Below the pieces are notes generated by a model. It had not been told where the DNA came from. It was given only the letters and a program-made list of their open reading frames with translations, and ran no database searches. Made by a program: the position numbers and the translations under genes. This document shows, in pieces, positions 18,701 to 33,700 of a stretch of DNA of 53,456 bases (position 1 is its first letter; every line of letters starts with the position of its first letter). This DNA is from Bacteroidales bacterium UBA1756 (GTDB taxonomy: Bacteria; Bacteroidota; Bacteroidia; Bacteroidales; WCHB1-69), in NCBI GenBank assembly GCA_002314795.1, contig DCHI01000044.1, forward strand, positions 1-53,456, written 5' to 3'.

Positions 18701-21700
18701 TGGACTCTGAACGGGTCAAAGATGAAGAGTTCGGTTGTATCAATGCGACGAGGATCGTAAGAGATGTAGGGGACGAATGTGGTCGTACCCGTATAGGTAT
18801 TCAGCATATTCAATCCGCCGTCTGTCTCAGTAAACTCAAAACCGTGGAAGTTATATGCAAGCGTATCAGAGATTTGGTTGGAACAGATGGCATCGTCATA
18901 ATCTAAACGGATTGTGTCGCCCACATAATGCATCACAACAGAATCCATAGCAATCAGACTACCGGCGGAAGAGCCGTGACCACCGATAACAAGGTTGTTC
19001 ATTGTCAACGGATAATCCTGACCATCTTGACGTTCACGCAAGAAGAACTTAATCTTGTATTCACCAGGAATATTCCACGTTGCGGTAAAGTCATTGCTAA
19101 TACCATTGAAGAAGGTGTTGTAGAAGTAGTCGTAATTGTAATAAAGAATGTTGAAGGTATTACCAGGAATTTCACCCACACCTGAGGTCAAGTTGGCACC
19201 GAATGAACGATGGAGCGAAGCGACCGGCGTTGAGAAGTAGACCGAACCAAATTGGCCTACGTTGTCAAGAACGACACCGTTACGTGTAATTACATAATCC
19301 AAAGCTAATTTCGGTACATCTACGCCATCATTGAGGACAGTCAGAGTGAACACATTCTGTTCATTCAATTCGTACGCGAATGTGGTCGTATCGATATCGA
19401 TAAGTGGGTTCGCTTCAACGAGGTGAAGATCAACAAGACTATCGCATTCACCACCAGTAGGATAAGCAATCCGATAGGTTCCGAAATCTTCATAAACCTC
19501 ATTTTCATAGACGTATGGAAGTTGCCATTCTGAAATACGGATGGTGCGTTCTGCATACGGACCATCAAGGATAACGAGATCAAGGTAATGGTTATCGTTA
19601 GCATAAACACCCGTCGTATCATAGGTTTGGCGATTCCATACATAATCGTGGCAAGCCACAGCGTGGATGGTATCGTTGTTATTTGCAGCAAAGGTATGAA
19701 CTGTCAAAAGAACGATGCTATCACAACCGGTAGAAGCCTGCAAACGAACCGTATGGACTTGCTCACTACCATAATAACCACCGTGATATTCATAATAAGA
19801 ACCCGTCGTATTCACAGAAAGAATCGTTGTGTCAATCGGGGTGGAAGTTACATTCAAGAAGTAGCGGTTGAATTGACCTTCCGAACCGACAGCGATTTCG
19901 TATGAACCAGGACCGGTAATCGTTGTTGCTTGGTAATCAAACGGGAATCCATTGGCACAGACAACCGTATCAACAACGACATCGGTCACGCTTCCAACGT
20001 GGAAGTAGATGTAAGCAGTATCCGTAAAGACAGAGTCCGTAGAAACGCCGTTTGCACCTCCCATCATCGTCCAATTATAACCATTCTGCCCGAAGATGGT
20101 GCTATCTTCGTAACGATAATTTATCGGAAGATCGAAACCACTTTGAGTAGCCGTTCTCAAAATAACCATTTGCAACTTGTATTCACCCGGCTGACGCCAC
20201 GTAGCAGTCACATAGTTATTGATTTCGCCAAAGAATTGAGCATAGAAATAGTTATAATCATAATTATTGATTGCGAAGGTAGTCCCCGGGATTTCACCGT
20301 GTCCAGTCGTAAGAGCAGTTCCGAAAGGAACGTCCGTCGTTGGCAAATAGGTTTGAATACTCATATCGCCATACGGGTAGAGCGTATCAACGGGAACGCC
20401 ATCTTTGTACAACTGATAGATGATGGCTGCTTTCGCTGAGCAGACTTCGCAATCCTTGCGGAAGTTTGCTTCTGCGGTAACTGATTCACCAACAGGCAAA
20501 GTAAATTCGTCCTGTGGAATAGAAAGATACGGTTCATCGGAAATAGACAACTCAAGAACATAGATGATAGAATCGCAACCTTCTGTGTGAACGAAAGCAC
20601 CTTGCGTCGGATCCCATTGCCAATCCAAATCACTGAACCAAACTCTGCTCTTGATCGTATCAGCAGAAGTAATCTGTTGATCTTCAACACCCATACCACC
20701 GAATCTCATACCACGCCATTCAAATTCGGGTTCATTGTTACAAACGTGCAAGGTTGAACGATTAACAATCGGATAGTGGACATTCAAGTGGAGGTTGATA
20801 ACAGAATCACAGCCACCTTCCGTTTGATAAACAATTTGATAATCACCTGATTGATGAGCAAGATCGTTCGGTTTTTCAATCGGGTCATAGCAATAAGGAA
20901 GATCACTTTGGCAAACAGTCACCGTCGTATCAAGATGAATCAAGGTTACGTGGAACAGAACCGTGTCGCTCGCACTACAGCCAAATTCGTTCTCAACTAC
21001 ATCGATAACATAGCGTTGGAAACCAGCGTCAGGACGTTGTGACAGAACAGTTGATCCCGTAGTTGATGCGAGGTGAGCACCTTCGGTAGCTGTCCACGAG
21101 TAAGTACATCCTGCAAAAGCATAATCAGAGCGAGCAATGAATTGATAATCAGGACCGAAGCAACTTTCAGCATTTTCAACCAATTCAATATCCGGATTTC
21201 CACCGTATGGCATACGATTGATTTCTACGTGCAAGTTATGGTCGGGACGGATGAAAGCTTTTACACCATTGCTATAACGAGTGCCACACGCATTGGTAAC
21301 ACCGAAATGCAACCATCTGTTATTCCAGACATAATAGTTCATAGAATCGCCGACATAGACTTGAGTAACCGCTTCATTGTCGCCTACGATGGAGTCATTA
21401 GAGAGGTACCAACCCGTCGTATATTCCTCTGTACCACCATCATCCGTAATTTCAGGTTCTTCCATTTCAAACGGAGTGTTGGAACAAACCGTATCCAAAG
21501 AAGCGATGTCTGCCATATAAGGACGGTCAATGATAGAGATCTGAACGGCATTGCTCTCGGTATGGCCGCAAGGACCTTCTGCAAAATAACGAAGGACTTT
21601 ACCATTCATTGAATAATCTATAACGAAATCGGCAGGGAGACGATGGAAATATTGAGAACCAATAGCATCTGCATATTCCCAACCGACCGTATCGATAGGA

Positions 21701-24700
21701 CTGCGAGGCGTAACGGTAGGAGGTGTTAACGTAACCGGCTGACCGGCACAAGTAGCACCTATACCAACGATTGGATCCACTTCCGGACGATCCCAGACTG
21801 TAATAGTAGCAAGATTACTAACCACAGAGTCACAACCCGTAACGATGTAACAGTTGTATTGATAGTAATCTGGATCAGAATGGTAGGTAAAAGCATAACT
21901 TTCATCGAAATCAACCAACTGACCACCGGCGAACAGATTCCAGCCGGTACGGATTGGGCGTTGACTATTATTCACATAATGTGGCGTAGCTGAATTGCTT
22001 CTCCAATCAAATAGAGTACCGGCACAGATAGCATCAGGATTTTGCAATACATCAAAATACGCAGCTGAATCCACAACGATTTGCACCGTATCACTATAGC
22101 CTATACTGCAACCCGAGGCGGCAGCATAACGGATGTACCATCCATTATAATCTGTACCGATTTGCTGGTTTTCAGCAGCGGTGAAACGAACAAAGTTCTC
22201 ACCATCAACTGAACATTCCCAACGAGAGTTGGCGGAATCAGGCAAGTTACCATATTCAATGTGTGGGATATCTATGTTCAAACCACCGAGGGCGCAGATG
22301 GTATCCGGCTGAATAGCAGAAACTACCGGACGTTGAGCCACTGTGATGGTCGTATAGATAGTATCCGTATTTCCGCAATATTCACTTCTAAGATAAACTC
22401 CGTAAGTAGTTGTTACAGATGGTGTAACATCAACACTCTCTGTGCCCGATTCAAATTCTTCAAAACCAGTCTCTGTTGACTCAAGCCATACGAACTCAGC
22501 ATTATCACCAAGAGAAAGAGTTCTCGTTGAAAGAGTGACAGGTTCATCACCAACACAGATGGTATCACGGCCATCGGCAATAAAGATGGTGTCGGGAGCA
22601 TCCGACGGGGCATTGACAAAGAGATAAATTTCCACACCATTTTGAGACATACAGCCGTAACGGGTTTCGCCAGTAAGCGAATAATGGACAGCTCCACAGA
22701 ATTGTCTTTCGCTCAAAGAGTTAGCAGGGAAATTAAATCCAGATTCACCATTTCCTTTAAACAATTCCACTCCCGTTATAGCATCATAAGCGATACGATC
22801 CAAACCATTATTGGCATAATACAATCCATTATTCAAAGCTTGGAAGTAGAAAGCATAGGTAGCACCAGCCGGAATAGCGACAGAGTCATTCAGTTCAAAT
22901 GGAACTGCGTTATTACCATCCGCTGCGATTTCGTACTCACCCAAGGATGTCCAAACGGAAGCATCACGATAATGGCCTTCACCTGAGGTCGTAGTGTACC
23001 ATACACGAACAGTTGTATTCGTAACCGAACTGGAAGGATAGACTGAAAAACCGTGAACCTTCATATCAACCGGCGTATGAACATCAACAGAGATACATCC
23101 TCTCAGATTTTCATAAGTTGCTGTAGAACTTAAATCATAATCACCGGCAGAAGAAATCAAATCGGTTGCAGCATACGCATAGTAGAACCATTCACCTCCC
23201 ACATTTTCTGTATAGGTAAACATATCAGAGGACAATGAAGTACCAACAAAAACAGAATCGTTACCTGCCGCTGAACCTCTGTACCAAACGACTTGAGGTT
23301 GCTCTTGTTCAGGATCATCTTCTGCCATATCTGTTGCAGCATAAAGTTGAGCTACTTCACCTTCACAGATTTGTTCAAAATCACCGTAAGCATCAGAGAC
23401 ATCGGCAATAGGATTCAGATTGATGACAACAGGAACCAATGAAGATTCACAAGTATAAACAACTGGATATTGTGCAATGATACGGGCGAAGCCATTGCCA
23501 TTATGACCCGTTTCGGTTCCTTCATATACAGCGGGGAATTCATTATTGCCAGCCACGGTACGAGCATTTTGCAACATAGAGCTAACATAGCCGCTACCGC
23601 CACCGCCGCCAGGACGAGTACCCGAAGAGGAGCCATTGTCACCATTGCTTCCAGCATACCAACCAGCACCACCACCGCCACCACGGTTAGCAAAAGTAGT
23701 ATTGACGCCAAACATAGAACCCGACTGAGCAGCACCTATTCCTCCAGGGACAAGATCTCCACCGCCGTTATAGCCGTTGGCACCACTGCCAGCTTGCAAG
23801 CCGCCGCCGTAGCCACCGTTAACACTGCCAGCGCCACCACCGCCACCTGCAACCAAGAAGCGATCGTTCAATGTTTCGCCATTGATACGGATATCAGTAG
23901 CACCACCACCGGCACCATAATTAGAAGAAGCACCACCATTGTAACCGTTTTGTCCACCGACATAAACGGAAATCGTATTAACATTTGAGAAGTCTGACAA
24001 ACTGCCTTCAGCATAACCGCCAAGACCGCCACGGGCTCCATTGTATGAGCCACCTTGAGCGCCCCAAACTTGGAAGTTGACGCGTGCAACACCTTGCGGA
24101 ATTGAGTATGAATAAACTGCACCTTCATCATATTCAAAATCGGTTGTATCTTGACGAGCGCTTCCGACTGCCTCCTTGCAAGCTTTCACATAATAGGTGC
24201 GATTTTCAATATTTTGTACTCCTGCCAAATCGAATACAGTACCCGTATTAACAATATTCAAACAAGTAGGATCACTGAACCAGACATAGTTGAAACCTTG
24301 CATCGGGTTAGAGACGGTGAGTGTAAGCGGAACACCGCAAGTGATTTGCGATGGAACGGCAATAGTAGGATCCTCAATGGGCTGCAAATTCACTGTAACA
24401 GAAGACGGATCGGATACGCACATAAGGGTGGTTCCCAGATTTGCATAGGACTTAACGTAATAATTAGTTGGTTCTATCACATTGGTTGCCAATAAGGAGA
24501 CACCCGTGCCCAAAGATAATGTACAATCAGGATTGGAGAACCATTCGTAGGTATAACCTTGAACCGGACTTGCAACTTGGAGAGTAACATCTTCGCCACA
24601 AACCGTAACAGGAGCATCGTCAACAAAAGTGATAGCAGGAGCATCTGCCACGACGAGTTGGATAGCAGCGGTTGGAGATTCGCAATGACGAGTACCTGAG

Positions 24701-27700
24701 CCCACGTATGAGATACGGGCATAGCCGTTACCTGCGTGTCCAATAGCAGTAGTTCCATTGGGTTCGATGATAGTGAGGTTACCGGCAATCGTGGTTCCAT
24801 TGGTAACGCCACCGATATAACCGGAACCACCGCCAGCAGGATTACCAGCAGCACCGCCAAACCAACCAGCACCACCACCACATACGGTAGAACCGGATGT
24901 TTGATTTGATCCCGCACCAAACGTTGCGTTATTGGCATAAGTATCCGTTCCAGCGGCATTTTGAGTTCCACCGACACCGCCAGTTCCACTTGAATATGTC
25001 AATCCATCAACGCCTGACAAACCGCCACCAGCACCAGCTGTGTAGGAATAACTACTAAAATATAAGTTACCGCCACCACCGCCAGCTACAATCTTTACTG
25101 CACTACGGTTGTCCGACAAACTGCTTAAAACGCCGGATGCCGTCGCGATATGAGTAGCACCACCGCCACCAGCACGAATACCATTATCCCCGTGGTAACC
25201 AGAACCGCCACCGTTGTATGAACTACCAGAAGAGCCAGAAAGATTGGTTCCTGTTGAGCCATATCCTTGTTCCCCTACGCAGACGTAAAGGACATCATTC
25301 TGATTAACAGCCAATGTACCTGCCGAATAGCCGCCGCGGCCACCCAAATTACTCGGTCCACCTTGGCCACCTTGAGCGCCCCAAACTTCCAACTGAAGTT
25401 CGGAAACACCTGCAGGAACCGTAAACGTAGCAATATTACCTGTATAAGCGAAATTAATCGTATCACCAGCAGCTTCTTGGATAAAGCTCTTCACATAATA
25501 ATTGTATGTGCCGGCTGTAGGAGTAACACTGTAGTATTGGCCCCAAGCAATCGTATCACTAAAGTCGGGTTGAGAACTCCATTGATAGGTAAGTTCGGAA
25601 TTGTAATCCTGAACTTCCAACGTAACAGGAAGTCCGCAATAGGTATTCACTTCCGCTTCAACGGCAGGTGCCGTAGGTGCCTGAACCTGCAAGGTATAGG
25701 CGGTCGGAATAGAAGGACAAGGACTAATATTCACGATAGAGGTTCCAATAATACGAGCATAACCATTTCCTGAATGACCCGTCTCCATTGCTCCATAAGG
25801 TGACAAGAATGTTTCAGTACCACCTGCTAACGTTTCATTACTCAAGAAATAAGAACTACTATAGTAGTAACCGGCAGGGTGATAACTGGTCGCCGTATTT
25901 ACATAACCAGAACCGCCACCCATATAACCGGCATAATAAGAATCGCCATCGCTGCTGGAAGAGGACGACCCGCCACCATACCAGCCACCGCCACCGCCGG
26001 CAGGGCCATAATTATAATTGTACGAACCAGTCGCACTGGCTCCCGTACCAAAACTTGCGTTCAAACCGGCAGAACTTTGTGTCGCCACATAACTACTGCT
26101 ATATCCTTGGCTTGTGGTGCCGCCGGCAGCATAACCGGAGTAACGGTTATTACTACCACTACCGCCACCGGCAACGATTACACGTTGGTACAATGAAGGT
26201 CCATTTACACGGATATCGGTAGCTCCTCCACCACCAATGCTATAAGTAGTATAATCCCAACTGAATGTTTTACCATCACCACCGCCATTATATCCACCTG
26301 TAGTGGAAGTGGGTTGACCACCGACGTAAATATTAAGGACATCACCTTCATTAACAGGGAGCGTACCCGCAGAATAACCGCCCTTACCACCAGGATAAGA
26401 AGAGCTATAGCTACCACCTTGTGCGCCCCAAACTTCAAGTTGGAGTTCGGTGACACCGGCGGGAACGGTATATTGGTGTTGTCCTACGACACCGTATTCC
26501 TGAGCGATAGGTGCGACCGTTTGGTTCATAGCCACGTGCCACAAGGTCTTGTTTTCAAACATTGACGGAACCGTAACCGTATCCCCTACTGCGTACAACT
26601 GCGTACATTCAGCATCTTCGTACCAGTAGTTCATTACTTCATCGTCGTGTGCGACATAGAGTTTACCATCGGTACCGCAGACCACGTAATTTTCATTGCC
26701 GTGGACGGTAGGTTCTGCAAACGGAGCCATAATCGTTACGGAATAGGTACCCGCTGATGCTGTCCAAGTACCCGTACAGCCGTTTTGAACTTCACGGGTA
26801 TAGCGATAGGTCCCCGTGGTAACACTCACCAATTCTTCCGGAGTGATTTCGTATGCAGCACTATCGGAATCAGGAATGAGATTTCCATTGCGATACCAAC
26901 GATAGTGGATGTTTCCACCTGTTGTACCATCATCTACAGAAGCAATGTGCAAAGGATTCGTTTCAGATTGACAGATTGACAACATATTGCCAGTGATAGA
27001 ACCTGCATTAAAGACAGGGGCTACAAGACTATAGGAAGCCACAGAGCTACAACCGTCAGCATTAGTAGCAGAAACCGTATAGGTTCCTTCACCGACAACA
27101 GAATTGACGGCTCCTATGGTACCATTATTCCACAAATAGGCATTTGCACCGGAAGCCGTCAATACAGCGGGATCGCTGCTTTGGCACAATGATTCCGGTT
27201 CAGAAGCAATGACAATGGTCGGATTCACCTTCACGGTATAGTCCATAATTGCCGCACAAGCGTGGGAATCATCAGTAACTGTCACCGTATAGGTCGTCGT
27301 TTCAGACGGAGTAACCGTGATGGAAGACTCGGTTGAGCCATTGGACCAAAGACAAGTCAAGGGGGAAGAAGGCGTGAAAGTATAAATTGTACCTGAGGTA
27401 AGGTAATGAACCTGTGTCACATTTAAAGCGCTTAAAGAGCCAGATGTTTGAGCAGTTGCTCCTCCGCTCGTAGGAGTAACTTGAATGTAGTGACCATTTG
27501 CGCTATTAATACCAATACAGGTATAGGCCCACGAATACAACTCGGAAATATTTGCAAATCCGCTGCCATAACATAAACTTATCTTACCTGATTCATACAA
27601 CTTAACTTGGAAATTAAATGCTCTTGAGGAAGGATAACTATTGTCGGGGTAGGTAGTTGCATTTTTATACTGAACCGTCAGAACACGTTCACTGCCTTCG

Positions 27701-30700
27701 TTCATCAACTGATAAGACAATGAGCCATAACCAGAATAAAGGTACAGGTCAGACAAGAAAGGAGCAATGACATTATAATATGTTGTACTTGCCAACATTT
27801 CAGAAGCGCCATAGGTTTGGTCACTGCTACCGAAACGTAATTGTCCATCAGAAACATAGACCATACTGTATGTATTGCCACAATATGGGAATGTGAATCC
27901 ACTCGGGAAAGTGATTGAACTTCCCAAACCATCTGTGGAAGTATTATTATACAAATAAGTCGGGCTTGACAATTCTTGGTAGGTTCCCGTTGTTCTAGTG
28001 AAAGTATATTCATCAGCATTCATCGTTGTACCGATACTTCCTCCGACCAAATTCAACGTCACTTCATCACCCGGAGCGATACAGGATTCCGTAGAAGCAA
28101 CAATCTGAACTTCAGGAGCATCTACAGAAATTTGGACGCTATCTTTCACGCCGCAAGTTCCAGTAGAAACGGTAACGAAATAGGTCATCGTATGACCAGG
28201 TGTTACGTCAACATATTGCGTAGTTTCTCCCGTACTCCAAGTATAGGAATTAACATTAGGCGAAGGATTAGCCACCGTCAAGCGAACATCGTCATCGCCT
28301 TGACAATAACTACGAGAGGAAGCAGTCAAGTTGAATGACGGAGTTTCGCCAGGAGTCAATGTTACAGAAGCAACCTCTGACGGGCAAACACCAGAAACAT
28401 AGTTCAATAATGTGATGCGGACGAAGCCGTTGCCGTTTTGATCCGGATTTGCAGGAGCGCTCAAATATGACATCGTATTTCCGCTAATACCAGCAGCCAC
28501 ATAGCCACTACCGCCGCCACCGCCGCCGGATGAGGCGCAACCGTCTGCACCACCACCACCGCCGTAGTAGCCACCGCCACCGCCGCCACCGCCAGCTGAA
28601 GCGCTTGCACCATTACCACCTTGTCCCAATGAACCCTGAGTACCAGAATAGCCATCGCAGCCACTATAGCCACCAGAGCCACCAGCAGATAAGGTTGCAC
28701 CCAAACCAGAACGGTATGAATATGAAGACGTTGAACCTCCACTCGTACCACCGGCATCGCCACCAGAATAGTAGCCAGAGCCACCGCCACCGCCTGCTAC
28801 AAGGACACGGTCGTATAACGATGTTCCATTCATACGAATATCAGATGCACCGCCTCCAGAAGCACTTGTAAAATATGAATAACCATACCCTCCTGCGCCA
28901 CCGCCATTCCAACCACCGGGATTTGTTGAATAGCCCGTCGCCATAGAATTACTTCCTGCTCCACCAACATTCACCTGAATGACATCACCCGAGTTTACAT
29001 TAACCGTACCCACAGTATATCCACCGCGACCACCTTGTCCACCATCGTATGTTGAACCATAGTAGGTTTGGTTACCACCATCAGCGCCCCACAATTCAAC
29101 TTGCATTCTGGAGGCGCCCATAGGAACTGTATAGTTGACAGAAGAACCTGTATATGAGAATTCAGTGATTTCTTCTCCACTGGCTTGGACGGCGCGAACA
29201 TAATATTGAGTAGAAGTATTAACTGTAGGAGTATGTGTAATACCGGTATGTTCTACCGTAGAGAAATCAGGAGAAGTGCTCCACTGATAAGCATAACCCG
29301 GAACCGGATTGGTGACCACCATTTCAGAGGGAGTTCCAGCACAAGCGGAACGGACCTCAACGATTGGAGCTGACAATTGGTTGACAGTGATATTCACTGC
29401 GACCATTTCAGACGGGCAACCACCGAGAGAATGTAGATGTGCCGTAATGCGAGCATAGCCGTTTCCTCCGTGACCGAGTTCCTGACCACCACCGACTGCC
29501 GGGAAGTATTGCGTACCAGCAATGGTTTGTGCATTTATAAGGTAATAATCACTTGAAACCAGATATCCACTTGGAACATTTCCTGAAGTTGCAGACGTCC
29601 ATACGAAACCAGAGCCACCTGAGCCGCCTTGACAGTCAGTACCCGAACCATACGTAGGAATAGATTGTGAACCGCCATTCGTACCGCCGCCATACCAGCC
29701 GCCGCCGCCAGCGCCACCATCATTCGGAGCACTTGCGCCAATTCCAAACACGGCGCCACCGGTACCAGAAGTCTGTGTACCATAATCTGATCGAGAACCG
29801 CCAGCTGTACCATTAGAACCACCACCGGCACCAACGACATCACCAGAGTCTTCGCCACCACCACCGCCGCCACCAGCGACAATGATACGATGGTAGAGTG
29901 TACTGCCATTCACACGGATATCAGTTGCGCCACCGCCTCCACCAGCCGGCTCGCTAGAAGAAGAGCCATAGTTGCTACCTCCACCGTTCCAGCCACCGAC
30001 TGCGAGTCCTGCACCAGCGTAGCCACCTTGGCCACCAACATATACACTAATATTTTCGCCACCATTAACCGGCATCGTACCGACAGAATAGCCACCTTTA
30101 CCTCCAACACCAGCAGAGGTATTACCGCTATTTTGTTGACCGCCACCTTGAGCTCCCCAAACTTCTAATGTCAAGGAATCCGTTCCTTCGGGAATGGTAT
30201 AAGAAACAGGTGCTCCTGTGTAGGAAAAATTAGTTACTCTATTTTCATCGAGTTCGTCCGTAATCTGCAAATAGTATGTTGTATTCTCCATCATCGCAGG
30301 TGTTGTGAATTCGGAACCCACATAGACCAAATTTTGGCCTTGAGGATCGGAATACCAACGATAACGCAAATTCGGACTTGTGAGAGAAGAAGAAGCCGTC
30401 AACGTTGTACTTTGGCCGCACAAGACATTGGTATTACCTGCAACGCTCGGTGCCTCCATCGGAGGATTAATCGTCAACGTTCCGTTAGCACTTCCCGAAT
30501 TAGAACAAGCATCACGGAAGGAACGGACAACTGAGAATGTTCCTGCGCCGAGAGCAGTTCTGTCAGAGGAGGTAAGCGTGTAGCTCGGTTCTGTGCTCCA
30601 ACCGGTTGTAACGGAACCGATAGTCCATTGATATTCCACATTACCGCCACCAATAGCAGCCGTACCCGATTCAATTGTAATTTCGTAATCAGATTGGCAA

Positions 30701-33700
30701 ACTTCTGAGGAAACAATGGTTCCGGCAGAAGGAGTAGATAATGAAGAGACTGTAACAGAGGTTGAAGCCGAACAGCCCTCATCTGTAGTACCAGTTACGT
30801 TATAAGTACCGGCTGATGCAGTATAAGTATTTTGCACACTGACAACAGCAGTGGAACTATTTGTCCAGACATAGCTGTCAGCACCACTCGCAGTCAAATC
30901 GACCGTAGCGCCAGGACATACCATCGGATTTTCGGGAGTAACGGTGATTGTAGGAGTAACTTTCACTGTATAATCCAAAATTGCGGAACAACTGTGTGAA
31001 TTGTCGGAAACCGTTACCGTATAGGTTGTTGTTTCAGACGGAGTAACGGTGATGGAAGATTCCGTTGAACCATTGGACCAGACGTAGGTATTCGGATCAA
31101 CGGCAGTAATTTCAGCGACCCATCCCGAACCAACGCCACTGCCATCGGACGTAAAATAAACTGTAAGACTACCTGAAGTGGCAGTATAAGTCGTATAAGT
31201 TGACCAATAATACAAAGTGCTACTGCACAAAAGCGAAGAAGATGTTGTCGTACCGTCATACAAACGCAGATAATCACAGCAAGATTCACCATCCGCAGAG
31301 GAAAGTCTAATCGTAATGGGGCCACCATTTGAAGATGTAAATGTTTGGATATAACTTTCATAATTGGAATAAGAAGATGAAGGACCGTTATGATCATAGT
31401 ACGAGAATGAGCATCCTGCAGATAAGGTCATAGGCGTATTACTCATATTAACAGAAGAAGGACATTGGCCTGATTGTCCGCCACAAGACAGCGTCACTTC
31501 ATCACCCGCATCAATACAACCATCGACAGAAGCAACAATCTGAACATCAGGAGCATCGACAGAAATTTGGAGACTATCCTTTACGCTACAAGTTTCTGTA
31601 GAAACCGTAACGAAATAGGTCATCGTATGTCCAGGGGTCACGTCAATAGACGAAGTTGTTTCGCCAGTACTCCAAGCGTATGAAGTGACATTTGCAGAAG
31701 GATTAATTACAGACAAATGAACATCTTGGTCTCCTTGACAATAGCTGCGAGAAGAAGCCGTCAAGTTAAAGGAAGGAGTTGCGCCAGGAGTCAATGTTAT
31801 CGTAGAGACCTCTGACGGGCAATGGTTGCTGGAGTAATCAAGCAAGGTAATACGCGCAAAGCCATTGCCTGAATGGCCAACTTCTGTTCCGCCAGCTGGG
31901 GCTGGGAAGGATGAATTGCCTGCTATAGTTTGCGCATCTGTCAAATAGTTAGAAGCTGAAACGAGATAACCAGAAGGAGCATTAGAGGCCGTTGCAGAAG
32001 TCCAGACGTAACCAGAACCAGCTCCGCCGGGATAATAGGTCACCCCTTGGCCGCCGCCACCGTACCAGCCACCGCCTGCACCAGCACCACCGCCTGAACT
32101 ACCTTGGCCATTTCCACCTTGACCAAATGAGCCATTAGTTCCACTGTTTCCACTACCAGCGTATGTAGCATAGCCAGCATAACTTCCGATACCATTCGTA
32201 CCGCCACCGTATGAATCGCCTTCATTCCAATTGCCGATACCGCCACCGCCGCCAGCAACAATGATTCTATTGTACAAACTATTTCCACCAACGCGAATAT
32301 CCGTACCGCCACCACCGGAACCGTGAGAAGCTGCGGAACTGACAACAGAACCGCCACCATTCCAACCACCAGGAGTTGTAACGGAGGTACTATGAGTAGT
32401 TCCGCCGTAGGTCATATAGGTACCTTGTCCTCCAACGTAAACATACAACGTTTGACCCGGAGTCACATTCAATGTGCCAACTGAATAGCCACCGGCAGAT
32501 GTGCCGTGGCTCTCTCCAGTTCCACCCTGTGCCCCCCAGACCTCAAGACGAACTTGGCTTACGCGAGCGGGAACGGTATAAACCTGCTCAGCTCCTGTAT
32601 ATGAAAAATCAGCAACAGGTTCGCCCATATCTTGGACGGCACGAACATAATATTGAGTAGAAGTATAAACTGTAGGAGTAAAGGTAATACCTGTATAAGC
32701 AATGGTAGAGAAGGATGGGTCCGTACTCCATTGGTATTCATAGCCAGGAACCGGATTGGTAACGACCATTTCAGAAGGAGTACCTGTACAAGCAGAAACC
32801 ACCTGAACATCTGGTGCTGCCATCTGGTTGACGATAATATTCACGGCCAGCATTTCAGACGGACAGTTGTCCATAACATACACGTATGGGGTAATTCTTG
32901 CATAACCATTTCCCGTATGTCCAGTTTCGGTGCCACCGTTAGGAGATGTAAAGGATGTATTTCCTGCAATGGTCTGAGCATTAGACAGATAATAATCAGC
33001 AGAGACAGCATAACCCGATGGCACATCGCTTGACGTAGCAGATGTCCAAACATATCCAGAACCGCCACCGCCATAACGGCCATCTGAGTCGGAGTCGTTG
33101 TCGTAAGCGCCACCGCCGCCATACCAGCCGCCGCCGCCGCCGCCGCAGGAATAATTATAAGCATTGCCTCCAAATCCAAATGTTCCCTGAGTACTAGAGA
33201 TAGAATTCCAGGAAATACCGCCCTGAGTAGGAGTAGCACCGCCACCACTTCTATAATTTCCCGTAATATAACTTCCATTGGTATAGTTATAATAACCATC
33301 ACCACCATAAATACCGCCACCACAGCCCGCAGGATAAGTACTACCGTAAGAAACGCCAGCGCCACCACCACCACCAGCGACGATGATACGTGAAAACAGA
33401 TTGTTTTGTTCGGTACGAATATCCGTAGCGCCGCCACCACCTCTACCAGAGTTGACACCAGCACCACCGCCATTGTAACCGCCTGTAGTATTCGTTGTGC
33501 CAGCACCGCCGACATATACGTAGAGATTATCAATATCTGTCAAATTGGTCAGTGTACCGACTGAATAGCCACCGAGGCCACCAGTATAGGAGCTGTAAGT
33601 ACCGCCTTGCGCACCCCAAACTTCTAACTTCAATTGGGTTGCATCCATTGGAATTGAATAGGTATATGCCCCATAACTCGAATAATTCTGAGGAGTACCC

